DNA from: a virus
Lineage: Duplodnaviria > Heunggongvirae > Uroviricota > Caudoviricetes
Direction: 5' to 3' (one strand)
Virus record (IMG/VR): IMGVR_UViG_2526164662_000021
Coordinates: 32,001-96,000 of that record
Length of the DNA: 64,000 bases
Part shown: positions 11,291-19,647 of the stretch, piece by piece
Position numbering within the stretch: the first letter of the stretch is position 1
How the letters are laid out: each line of letters starts with the position of its first letter
Notes under the pieces: generated by a model
The model's input: only the letters and a program-made list of their open reading frames with translations
Database searches by the model: none
Told to the model about the DNA's origin: nothing
Position numbers and translations under genes: made by a program

Positions 11291-11422
11291 TTAATAGTCA
11301 TTGATCGCAAAGGCGTAAACTTGCCAAAGGTATTTCGTATAATCGGTACAAATCTCCTTTACGCTTGATGCTGCATTAACAGTCCCAGCCATAAATAATA
11401 ACGATAGTAATAGTTTTCTCAT
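11291..11422 (-). CDS. Small secreted peptide (sim locus, 43 aa)
   Basis: ATG at 11420-11422 (reverse complement) with GGTGAGG RBS; translation MRKLLLSLLFMAGTVNAASS...; stop overlaps next start (TAATCCATG). Confidence 0.35.
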   Translation of the reverse strand: MRKLLLSLLFMAGTVNAASSVKEICTDYTKYLWQVYAFAINDY

Positions 11423-11518
11423 TATAACCTCACCTGCCTTATAACCCATTTAGGGTACATATTTTCGCCTTTAAAAAAAAGAGGTTATTAGATCCAATTG
11501 TGTATTTATTAAGCAGAT

Positions 11519-11535
11519 AATGCTCTAATAAATTT
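11519..11535 (+). promoter_or_regulatory. C1-repressor operator-like 17-mer (immI)
   Basis: AATGCTCTAATAAATTT, 16/17 to the P1 C1 operator consensus ATTGCTCTAATAAATTT. Confidence 0.65.
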
Positions 11536-11734
11536 GTATTTTTAAGTCACGAATGCTATCTTTTCGCATCATATTGACCTTTTAATCGTTCAGGCTTATA
11601 GTTCCGCCGTCGTAGCAAATTCTGCGACCGGGTTTAGCAGCCTGAATGATTGTGCGGACAGCCGCAGATATCCGATATTGCGGTATTTTTGTGTCCGTAA
11701 AACCGCGTTACGCCCAAATTATGGTGGGGCGTGA

Positions 11735-11795
11735 TGGGGAGGCTTCGGCCTGCTGGTTTCACAATCGCCAGTCTGCTAACCCCGTCACGTCCTGC
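11735..11795 (+). ncRNA. c4-like antisense RNA element (candidate)
   Basis: TTCACAATC (11758-11766) and CTGCTAACC (11773-11781) are reverse-complementary to GTTTAGCAG (11801-11809) and GATTGTGA (11832-11839, overlapping the icd RBS GAGG), in antiparallel order. Confidence 0.4.
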
Positions 11796-11849
11796 CACCT
11801 GTTTAGCAGCGGGTAGCAGGTTGTTAAACCTGATTGTGAGGCCGTAACT

Positions 11850-12071
11850 ATGGTTAATGCCAATCCTTGCGCACGCCCAGAATTCATCTGGCGTTTCTAT
11901 TCCTGTAAAAAACACCACTATCACTTCGTTATCGCAGCAACTGAAGACGAAGCACGCTCTCAATTGCCTGATGGCCCCTGCATTTTTACTGCCCGTTTTT
12001 CAACTAACTCGCGCAATTCACTTAGTTACTGGAGCCTCCCCTTCTCTGCCGACGTTCAGGGGGGTTTATGA
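11850..12071 (+). CDS. icd: Icd-like cell division inhibitor
   Basis: 73-aa ORF (PEFIWRFYSC...HYHFVIAATEDEARSQL); stop overlaps ant start (ATGA); paralogue at 61645-61866. Confidence 0.65.
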   Translation: MVNANPCARPEFIWRFYSCKKHHYHFVIAATEDEARSQLPDGPCIFTARFSTNSRNSLSYWSLPFSADVQGGL

Positions 12072-13111
12072 AAAAACCTCTCGTCACCCGTAATGACATA
12101 GCCGAAGCGATCGCCCTGCATACTGCCTGTATACCGACACGGGAGATCCCCGGCGCAATTGCCAACTATTTCATGATAACCAGGCGTTTTTATACCCGAA
12201 CAGATAAGGCTGTGATCAACAGGCTACTGATAGCCGAGATCAGGGATTATTTGATTGAACAAGGACGTCTACGTTACGCAACGGTGGCAGCAGAAATGAG
12301 AAAGGAGGCACATAGAATGACCAGTAATAATTTGAATGTTAAAAAACCAGCACCTGTTGCTTCAGCAACGCCAGCACCAGCCGTGAATGTCATCCCCACC
12401 ACCGGAGACACAATCGACAGCCTGACACTGTTAAAGATGGTCAATGAAGCGCGTAAGTTATGTGGGGAACCAGAGGTTCGGAACAACAAATTCATCGAAA
12501 AAATACTCGACGAATTAGAAGGTGAGGACGGTTACACAAAAAGTGCAACCGTGCCGCCAGGTGGCGGTACGCCTATGGTTGTCATAACCATGACCTACAA
12601 ACAAGCCCTGCGAGTCGCCGCGCGCGAATCGAAAGCGGTCCGCCGTTCGCTGATCGACAAACTGGAAGAATTGCAGCAGGCAAACTCCCCTACCCCATCG
12701 ATCCCCCAAACATTACCAGAAGCCCTACGCCTGGCTGCCGAGTTGGCAGAACAGAAATTGCAGCTGGAACAACAGCTGGTGGCCGCAGCCCCTAAAGTCG
12801 ATTTTGCCGACCGGGTATCAGTGGCTAATGGAATCCTGATCGGGAACTTTGCAAAGGTCGTTGGACTTAAGCAAAACGCCCTTTTCTCATGGTTGCGCCA
12901 GAACGGCATTCTCATGGCTTTTGGTGCGCGCAAAAACGTACCGCGCCAGCAGTACATTAACGCCGGGTATTTCACGGTGAAAGAAGTGGTGCTGGATGAT
13001 GAAAATGGCTACCAGATACGGCTGACGCCCCAATTAACGGGTAAAGGCCAGCAGTGGTTAACTCGCAAGCTACTTGATGCTGGTTTGTTAAAACCAGTAG
13101 CAATAGGTTAA
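12068..13111 (+). CDS. ant: Antirepressor Ant with C-terminal KilAC domain
   Basis: 347-aa ORF translationally coupled to icd; C-terminus AAAPKVDFADRVSVANGILIGNFAKVVGLKQNALF...GYFTVKEV... matches KilAC antirepressor domain. Confidence 0.7.
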   Translation: MKKPLVTRNDIAEAIALHTACIPTREIPGAIANYFMITRRFYTRTDKAVINRLLIAEIRDYLIEQGRLRYATVAAEMRKEAHRMTSNNLNVKKPAPVASATPAPAVNVIPTTGDTIDSLTLLKMVNEARKLCGEPEVRNNKFIEKILDELEGEDGYTKSATVPPGGGTPMVVITMTYKQALRVAARESKAVRRSLIDKLEELQQANSPTPSIPQTLPEALRLAAELAEQKLQLEQQLVAAAPKVDFADRVSVANGILIGNFAKVVGLKQNALFSWLRQNGILMAFGARKNVPRQQYINAGYFTVKEVVLDDENGYQIRLTPQLTGKGQQWLTRKLLDAGLLKPVAIG

Positions 13112-13118
13112 CAAAAGA

Positions 13119-13148
13119 AAAAACCTGCCAGCAAACTGGCAGGTTTCT
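13119..13148 (+). terminator. Rho-independent terminator after ant
   Basis: CCTGCCAG-caaa-CTGGCAGG hairpin followed by TTTCT. Confidence 0.55.
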
Positions 13149-13188
13149 GAGCAGATCGACCAACCCGATCTGGATCGAGTCAGAAAAA

Positions 13189-13205
13189 TTTGCTCTAATA
13201 AATTT
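13189..13205 (+). promoter_or_regulatory. C1 operator-like 17-mer upstream of kilA
   Basis: TTTGCTCTAATAAATTT (16/17). Confidence 0.65.
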
Positions 13206-13274
13206 CGTTTTCTAAGTGCAAAGAATCACCATTCCGAGCTGGTGATTGAAGGTTGATGCAAATTTGGAGAAAAA

Positions 13275-14075
13275 ATGCAACAAACATTCAATGCGGATAT
13301 GAATATATCAAACCTTCATCAAAATGTCGATCCTTCAACCACTCTGCCTGTTATTTGTGGTGTTGAAATTACGACCGACCGCGCTGGCCGTTACAACCTT
13401 AATGCTCTACACAGAGCGAGCGGACTCGGTGCCCATAAAGCGCCAGCTCAATGGCTAAGAACGCTGTCAGCCAAACAGCTCATCGAAGAGCTTGAAAAAG
13501 AAACTATGCAGAATTGCATAGTTTCGTTCGAAGGCCGTGGCGGCGGCACTTTTGCCCATGAATTGCTCGCTGTGGAGTACGCAGGCTGGATTTCTCCCGC
13601 GTTTCGGCTGAAGGTAAACCAGACATTTATCGACTATCGAGCCGGAAGATTACAACCTGCTATTCCGCAGAGTCTCCCTGAAGCTCTCCGTTTGGCTGCC
13701 GACCTGGCAGAGCAAAAGCAACGGCTGGAGCAAAAAATGCTTATGGATGCACCTAAAGTCGAATTCGCCGAACGCGTTGCTACCGCCAGCGGGGTTCTAA
13801 TCGGCAACTATGCCAAAGTGCTCGGCCTGGGCCAAAACTATCTCTTCACCTGGTTGCGTGATAACGGAATTCTGATCGCAACCGGTGAACGCAGGAACGT
13901 CCCCAAACAAGAATACATATCCCGTGGGTATTTCACCCTTAAAGAAACCGTGATCGATACAAGCAATGGAAGCAGGATTTCTTTCACGACTCGTATAACC
14001 GGCAAAGGTCAGCAGTGGCTTATGAAGCGATTGCTTGATGCTGGTGTGCTGGTGCCTGTCGCGGCGACGCGCTAA
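13275..14075 (+). CDS. kilA: KilA (KilA-N domain plus KilAC domain)
   Basis: 266 aa, same length as P1 KilA; N-terminal KilA-N-like segment (ICGVEITTDRAGRYNLNALHRASGL...LLAVEYAGWISPAFRL); C-terminal KilAC-like segment. Confidence 0.75.
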   Translation: MQQTFNADMNISNLHQNVDPSTTLPVICGVEITTDRAGRYNLNALHRASGLGAHKAPAQWLRTLSAKQLIEELEKETMQNCIVSFEGRGGGTFAHELLAVEYAGWISPAFRLKVNQTFIDYRAGRLQPAIPQSLPEALRLAADLAEQKQRLEQKMLMDAPKVEFAERVATASGVLIGNYAKVLGLGQNYLFTWLRDNGILIATGERRNVPKQEYISRGYFTLKETVIDTSNGSRISFTTRITGKGQQWLMKRLLDAGVLVPVAATR

Positions 14076-14104
14076 CAGACGTAGTAAGAACCACCAGCAT
14101 TGTA

Positions 14105-14950
14105 ATGCTGGCTAAAGTCACTTTCCTGAGCTGTATAACGATGAGCGATTTTACTTTTTCTGGCTATGAATTGGCCTGCTTTGTAACACACTCCGGTCTA
14201 TCCCGTAGCGCCGGGCATATCCTGTCGCAATGTGCAAATCTCGCGGCAACAACCAGTGAATACTTCATTCACAAGCCTCACCGCCTGCTCGCGGCAGAAA
14301 CTGGTTATAGCCAATCAACCGTCGTTCGTGCATTCCGTGAAGCTGTAAACAAAGGAATCCTGTCTGTAGAGATTGTTATCGGCGATCACCGTGAACGTCG
14401 CGCTAACCTGTACCGGTTTACACCATCCTTTTTGGCCTTCGCACAACAAGCCAAAAATGCGCTGATTGAAAGCAAATTAAAGATCTCTTCAGCGGCAACC
14501 AAGGTTAAAGCTGTTCTCGCTAAGACATTGGCTTTATTTAATTTTTTATCCACACCCCCATGTCAAAATGATACCCCCTCCCCCTGTCAGGATGACGTGG
14601 CAATAAAGAATAAGAAGTCACAAGTTAAAAAAACAAAAAGATCAGTTTCCGGCGGTGCCGGAACGACCAGACTCAAAAAATTGACTTCATGGATCGCTGA
14701 GGCAAAAGCAAAGGCTGACAATCTGCGGTTATCCAAAAAACGCGCTCAAAAACATGAGTTCAAGCAGAAAGTAGAGGCGGCAGCGCGGAAATATGCTTAC
14801 CTGAAGGACAAGCGTTCTCCTGATATTGGCGGGATATCAAACTTCGATAATCTGCCGCATTGCATGACGGTAAACGAAGCTCTTAATGCGGTTTTAGCCA
14901 AAAATAAAGATAACGAACAATGGGGTATACCGGCAGGATTCAGAGGGTGA
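14105..14950 (+). CDS. repL: Lytic replication protein RepL-like
   Basis: 281 aa, same length as P1 RepL; directly downstream of kilA; HTH-like region (YSQSTVVRAFREAVNKGIL). Confidence 0.65.
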   Translation: MLAKVTFLSCITMSDFTFSGYELACFVTHSGLSRSAGHILSQCANLAATTSEYFIHKPHRLLAAETGYSQSTVVRAFREAVNKGILSVEIVIGDHRERRANLYRFTPSFLAFAQQAKNALIESKLKISSAATKVKAVLAKTLALFNFLSTPPCQNDTPSPCQDDVAIKNKKSQVKKTKRSVSGGAGTTRLKKLTSWIAEAKAKADNLRLSKKRAQKHEFKQKVEAAARKYAYLKDKRSPDIGGISNFDNLPHCMTVNEALNAVLAKNKDNEQWGIPAGFRG

Positions 14951-15212
14951 TAGATTGCTCTAATCTGGAGTCACCTGGCGTTTTCAGTTTGAGGTCGGAG
15001 ATGCAATCTGATTTTTTACAGTTAGCGATCGCTTTTGCAGGGCATCTTTGAGACATATCCATATATAAAAACCCAAAGCCAGATCAAAACTTGTACTGAT
15101 AAAAACACAGCTAACCATCACAACTTGTAACGTTTATAATGAGTAAAAGAGTGATACATTGCTACTTTTACATATTTTTGACTCAATTCATGGATAGTAA
15201 TGGAGATGCATA

Positions 15213-16268
15213 ATGACTTATGCTGGCACACAAACAGCAGATAACGCCGGGGATACCATGAAATCGTATGCTATTTGGAATAATAAAGGTGGCGTAGGAA
15301 AGACCTACTTATCTTTCGCTATGGCCTGTGAATACGCAAGGCAAAATCCAGAAAAGCGTATTATTTTTGCAGATATGTGTCCGCAGGCTAACTTATCTGA
15401 AATATTGCTCGGCGGTAACGGTACTGGTGCTGCTAACCTCGCGAGCTTAATTCAACAACGAAAAACTGTCGGTGGGTACTTTGACAGAAGAACTCGCAGC
15501 CCCCACATGCTTACCGGTTCAGAAACAAGTTTCTTAATTCATGTCTCTGAAATTAACGGGCATGTCCCTGACAATGTATTTTTGATTGCAGGCGACCCAA
15601 GCCTGGAAGTTCAGGCGCAAGTAATCAATCAGTTAAGCAGCGTAAACTTACCAGTTGACTCATGGAAAAGCATCCACCTGTGGCTACGAGATTTGCTTGT
15701 TGCATGTGCACAACAACAAGGTATCGAAGAAACCATTTGCTTTATTGATTGCAACCCCAGTTTCTCTGCCTATACCGAACTATCACTGATAGCAGCAAAT
15801 GCAATTATAATACCTTGCTCAAGTGATGGTTCTTCGGCTCGAGCAGTGGATAACCTAAGCCAGTTGGTTTATGGCGTTGGAGTACAAAACGATTATCGTT
15901 CTGTTAACTTTTACGATCGGTGTCAACAGTTTGGTCTAGCGGTTCCTGTCATTCATTCTCTAGTTTTTAATCGTTCGACAGAGTATGACAAACGAGCAAG
16001 TAAAGCGTTTTCGGCAATGTTCGACGAAATCAGGGATAGAGCTGAAAATCTGCGGACGAATAAACCAACAGCGTTCCAAGGCGGAAATTTAAAAACGTTT
16101 ACTGTGCCAGATAACCATTCCGTAGCTATAGTATCTTCCCATCTAGGAAGACCTCTATTTGATATAAAACCCGGCAGATATCAGATCCATGACACTGAGC
16201 CACAAATCAATAATGAACCATTAGAAAGATATGGTGCAGCAATTGAACGTCTTGTTCAGAGTTTATAG
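15213..16268 (+). CDS. Orphan ParA/MinD-family P-loop ATPase
   Basis: Deviant Walker A AIWNNKGGVGKT; ParA-like FADMCPQAN and Walker B-like FIDCNPSFS; alternative start at 15258 (MKSYAIW...); no adjacent ParB. Confidence 0.6.
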   Translation: MTYAGTQTADNAGDTMKSYAIWNNKGGVGKTYLSFAMACEYARQNPEKRIIFADMCPQANLSEILLGGNGTGAANLASLIQQRKTVGGYFDRRTRSPHMLTGSETSFLIHVSEINGHVPDNVFLIAGDPSLEVQAQVINQLSSVNLPVDSWKSIHLWLRDLLVACAQQQGIEETICFIDCNPSFSAYTELSLIAANAIIIPCSSDGSSARAVDNLSQLVYGVGVQNDYRSVNFYDRCQQFGLAVPVIHSLVFNRSTEYDKRASKAFSAMFDEIRDRAENLRTNKPTAFQGGNLKTFTVPDNHSVAIVSSHLGRPLFDIKPGRYQIHDTEPQINNEPLERYGAAIERLVQSL

Positions 16269-16293
16269 TGGCTTATCTCAGTCATAATGGCTG

Positions 16294-16329
16294 AAAAAAG
16301 GCTGCAACAGAGGTTGCAGCCTTTTTTAT
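16294..16329. terminator. Bidirectional terminator between convergent genes
   Basis: AAAAAGGCTGCAAC-agag-GTTGCAGCCTTTTTT. Confidence 0.6.
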
Positions 16330-16338
16330 AAAATTACA

Positions 16339-16626
16339 TTAACAGATTGGTAGCGATAGTAAATTATTATTCCATCGATTGTCTGCATACGTTCTAATAA
16401 ACTGCCTTCCACCATTACCAGGATTAACGACCCCAACTTCTACACGATTACCTGCATTATCTGTTACATAGAATGTATGGAGATTATTATCAATAGCATT
16501 AATCACCTGCTCAACAGTCCATTTCCCATTGCCAGTATTAAATTGAGGACTTCCCACATGAGTAATATGCTCATGGATTGATTGCGAGCCGGAGAGGGTA
16601 ATGCAAGTAATGCGTACATCAGCCAT
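16339..16626 (-). CDS. DUF3892-like small protein
   Basis: Start MADVRITCI... with AAGGAAG RBS; motifs HITHVG, GKWTVEQVINAI, FYV, NNLLSLP recalled as DUF3892-like; the upstream extension in the ORF track is Cys-rich and probably spurious. Confidence 0.5.
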   Translation of the reverse strand: MADVRITCITLSGSQSIHEHITHVGSPQFNTGNGKWTVEQVINAIDNNLHTFYVTDNAGNRVEVGVVNPGNGGRQFIRTYADNRWNNNLLSLPIC

Positions 16627-16916
16627 ATATACTTCCTTTATTCTATAGATTATAGGAATTGTGCCGCCTAAAAAACAAACAGCACAATAACAATAAAGAA
16701 ACATACACACAACAAAAACTAACGCTATTTATTGATAGATTTGCCTGATGAATACTAGCTCTCTTTGCTACCTAGCACTCAAACAAATAACAGAAGAAAG
16801 CCCCAGATAACATTACGCGTCCGGCAAGACGCTTAACATTAATCTGAGGCCACATCTATGCTTAGCATACGTAGATTAACCCTCTCCCCTTTTAAGGGGT
16901 AAGGAATTTTTTACTG

Positions 16917-17549
16917 CTATGCCGCCTTTCCAGTTATGGATTCAGCGACCAGAACAACCCCATGCTTACTTCGATCTGGGTGTTCACTCCATATCTCGGA
17001 TTCAGGAATACTTACCCCGTCATAGCAAACACGTTCGCCGTCAAACGGGTAATACTGAGCGGCATCGGTGTCGAGGATAAACACTTTTAGCTCGGAAGAG
17101 CGACGGGCGATGTGTTGCCAAAGAGCTTTTCCACCTTCGTATTGCTCATTATCACTGAGCAAAACAACACCAGCTTTTGAGGCTACGGTTTCGTAAACAA
17201 AAGTAGCTAAACCTACATCCCGGACAGTTCCATCAACCACAATACCTTCAATCTGGGCAACATCGCTATCCTCCCAAAACTTCCTTACCAGTACGCCTTC
17301 AAGCTGCGGACGACGTTGAAGTTCAAGAGTAGCGACAACCTTATGGCGCATATCACCATCGATAACAGAAGGCGCAGCCTCTATTACAGCTGCAAATGGG
17401 GTTTTGGAATCCCATATAACCTGGTAAAGCACACCCTGGATGGTAACTCCGTCCAGGATCGAAAATCGACGAGCGACAGTACCCGGGGAGTACGACATTG
17501 GAATCACAGCCATTTTAGAGTCCCCCTTTAACAGTACAGGCACAAACAT
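16917..17549 (-). CDS. Hypothetical protein (possible baseplate/morphogenesis)
   Basis: 210-aa ORF; probable start at internal Met (MAVIPMSY...). Confidence 0.4.
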   Translation of the reverse strand: MFVPVLLKGDSKMAVIPMSYSPGTVARRFSILDGVTIQGVLYQVIWDSKTPFAAVIEAAPSVIDGDMRHKVVATLELQRRPQLEGVLVRKFWEDSDVAQIEGIVVDGTVRDVGLATFVYETVASKAGVVLLSDNEQYEGGKALWQHIARRSSELKVFILDTDAAQYYPFDGERVCYDGVSIPESEIWSEHPDRSKHGVVLVAESITGKAA

Positions 17550-17640
17550 CTACCTCAATAATTGTAGTTTATTAGAACATTAATAATCTAACATAAAACT
17601 CCAGACAATGTTATCGATGCATTTTTATATAAAATAGTTA

Positions 17641-17665
17641 TAAAAAAAGCTCCCGTAGGAGCTTT
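17641..17665 (-). terminator. Rho-independent terminator
   Basis: On the minus strand AGCTCC-tacg-GGAGCT followed by TTTTTTT, downstream of the gene ending at 17685. Confidence 0.55.
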
Positions 17666-17684
17666 AAAATACAAGGGATGACTC

Positions 17685-18194
17685 TTAATCCCAATCAATC
17701 CAGTTGTAGACGATACGAAGTGACGGGCGCACAGCGGCAGTCACATCTTCGGTACTAAAGTCGATTGCATCACTGTAGATTTTGCAGTCCAACATTTCAA
17801 TTGTTGTAGCAGCTTTTGTCACAGCGTTAACCCCGGAAGATTTGGATTCAGGGGTCGCAGCCATCGTGATATCAACATAGTCCTTCGCCGCAATGCGATC
17901 CTTAATGAACTGAAGAATATCACCTTCGATAGTCTCCACGCACTGGACCTGGATTTCCCCAGAGTTTCGAATTGGACCGTGCTGGTTGAACTTCACACCA
18001 TTCGGACCATAGTCCTCCACATCCTCGCGGGTCATTTCAGGGATTTGCGACGTGCGAACCAGTACGCTGATATCTTCATGGCCAGCAAAAGTGAGCTGGA
18101 ATTCAGAAGATACCAGTCGTTCACCTTTGGCCGCGTTGGCAGTATAGCGGCCCTTAATAAATTTACGGTTTCCCTTAGTGTTATTGTGCCCCAT
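17685..18194 (-). CDS. Virion structural protein (possible tail tube)
   Basis: 169-aa ORF, last gene of the head/sheath operon before a terminator. Confidence 0.35.
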   Translation of the reverse strand: MGHNNTKGNRKFIKGRYTANAAKGERLVSSEFQLTFAGHEDISVLVRTSQIPEMTREDVEDYGPNGVKFNQHGPIRNSGEIQVQCVETIEGDILQFIKDRIAAKDYVDITMAATPESKSSGVNAVTKAATTIEMLDCKIYSDAIDFSTEDVTAAVRPSLRIVYNWIDWD

Positions 18195-18205
18195 ATAAAA
18201 TCCTT

Positions 18206-18787
18206 TTACTGGAACGCCCGAACAATATCGGAGCTGTTATATATCGAAGAACCGGTCAACTGGAGGTTGACGGTGTTTTTCAGGAAATATCCATTACTGT
18301 CCCTTGGCGCATCGAGATCAAAACTTAAGTCCTGGATGGCGACATCGGTGATGTTGATCCGGCGACCAATGTTTAGCGTCACGCGCTCCGGGATTCGACC
18401 ACCAACATTGGCCGCTTTTAGTTCCGGGCTAATCATGGCTGTCAACGCGGCGATAGCGCCTGAAACTTCAATGAATGGATTGTTCAAAGCAATGAAAGTT
18501 ACAGGCAGCGTGAACGTCGGCGGAGTCCCCCCTTCCCAAACCATTAAGCTATTCCAACGGGCAACCGATGTTGTTTCAGTACCTACTTGCACAAAACCAC
18601 CCAGAGCACCAGAAACAGATCCCATGGACATACCGGTAAACGGCGCTTCCCAATTCTGGGCCATGTTCATTGCCGCTCCCTGGCTGATATATCCGGTAAC
18701 CTGGTACTGAGAGTTCGTTAAAGTAACTTTCAGATATGGCGATACACCGTCAGCCTGGCTGTAAACCCCATAAGGTATAGGTGCCAT
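18206..18787 (-). CDS. Virion structural protein (hypothetical)
   Basis: 193-aa ORF in the same operon. Confidence 0.4.
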   Translation of the reverse strand: MAPIPYGVYSQADGVSPYLKVTLTNSQYQVTGYISQGAAMNMAQNWEAPFTGMSMGSVSGALGGFVQVGTETTSVARWNSLMVWEGGTPPTFTLPVTFIALNNPFIEVSGAIAALTAMISPELKAANVGGRIPERVTLNIGRRINITDVAIQDLSFDLDAPRDSNGYFLKNTVNLQLTGSSIYNSSDIVRAFQ

Positions 18788-18822
18788 TCAAGTTAAAGGC
18801 CGGAGTTCTCCGGCCTCCTCCT

Positions 18823-19638
18823 TTAGCCAAGGCGCTTACGGCGCAGTTTCATTGACTTTTTGCGGGCAAGTTTTGCCGCGCCGGTCTGGGCTTTTCGACG
18901 CGCTTTTTTCAGCGCCGATTTTTGAGCCGCAGTCAGACGTTTTTTACGCAGGCGTTTACGGATGAGTTTGATCTCACCGTTACGAACAACCTTCTTAAAT
19001 GCTTCAGTCAGCATTTCATCAGAAGTGCCAGCAACAACAAACGCCGCTTCCAGTTCGTCACGGTCGTCGCTATCTAAACCAGCGATAGAGGCACCAACAT
19101 CAGCGGCTGCGTCGTCGTCTTCATCGTCAGCCAGTGCTTCGATCAGGTCATCATCTACACCGCATGCTGCGAGGAAGTCAGCAACATTTGCCCATGCTTC
19201 GTTATAGGCATCGTCCTGTTCTTCTGTAACTTCGGAGTCGTCGTCATCAGAGATACCAGCGATAGCCTGAACGAAACCATCAAGGGAGTCGAAAGTCAGA
19301 TCACCGCTATCAGCCCAGGCGAAAACGGCGTCGGCCGCATCACTCAACGCATTCTGCATAGCACTTCGATTTGCAGCTTCCAGAATCATCTGGTGCGCCT
19401 GTTCGACGGTCCATTCTTTACCGTCTTTCCCTTCCAGGATTTGCTCAGGAGCCGGGGCAGATGGAACGTTATCGTTAGTCTGTGCCGCCGGTTCCGGATT
19501 ATTATTAATAACCGGATCTGTTGGCGGTTCGGCGCTTGCTCGGGCAGACTCCATCAGCTGCACAGGATCAGAGTTCAAAGCGAAACGGGACAGTCCATTC
19601 CCCAAAAATGCCCCGGATTGAAAAAAGTTTTTGCTCAT
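18823..19638 (-). CDS. Acidic protein with highly basic C-terminal tail (hypothetical)
   Basis: 271-aa ORF; Asp/Glu-rich middle and Lys/Arg-rich C-terminus (KLIRKRLRKKRL...KLRRKRLG). Confidence 0.4.
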   Translation of the reverse strand: MSKNFFQSGAFLGNGLSRFALNSDPVQLMESARASAEPPTDPVINNNPEPAAQTNDNVPSAPAPEQILEGKDGKEWTVEQAHQMILEAANRSAMQNALSDAADAVFAWADSGDLTFDSLDGFVQAIAGISDDDDSEVTEEQDDAYNEAWANVADFLAACGVDDDLIEALADDEDDDAAADVGASIAGLDSDDRDELEAAFVVAGTSDEMLTEAFKKVVRNGEIKLIRKRLRKKRLTAAQKSALKKARRKAQTGAAKLARKKSMKLRRKRLG

Positions 19639-19647
19639 TGTATTCCC

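Noticed and set aside
11634-11963. 109-aa minus-strand ORF
   Set aside because: Antisense across the c4-like leader and icd start; region is better explained by the antisense-RNA and icd features.
12274-12975. Minus-strand ORFs of 64-126 aa
   Set aside because: Antisense to the ant gene; no start context.
15213-16268. ParA-like ATPase considered as the partition ParA
   Set aside because: The genuine parA-parB-parS system is at 23.1-25.4 kb; this copy has no ParB or centromere partner.
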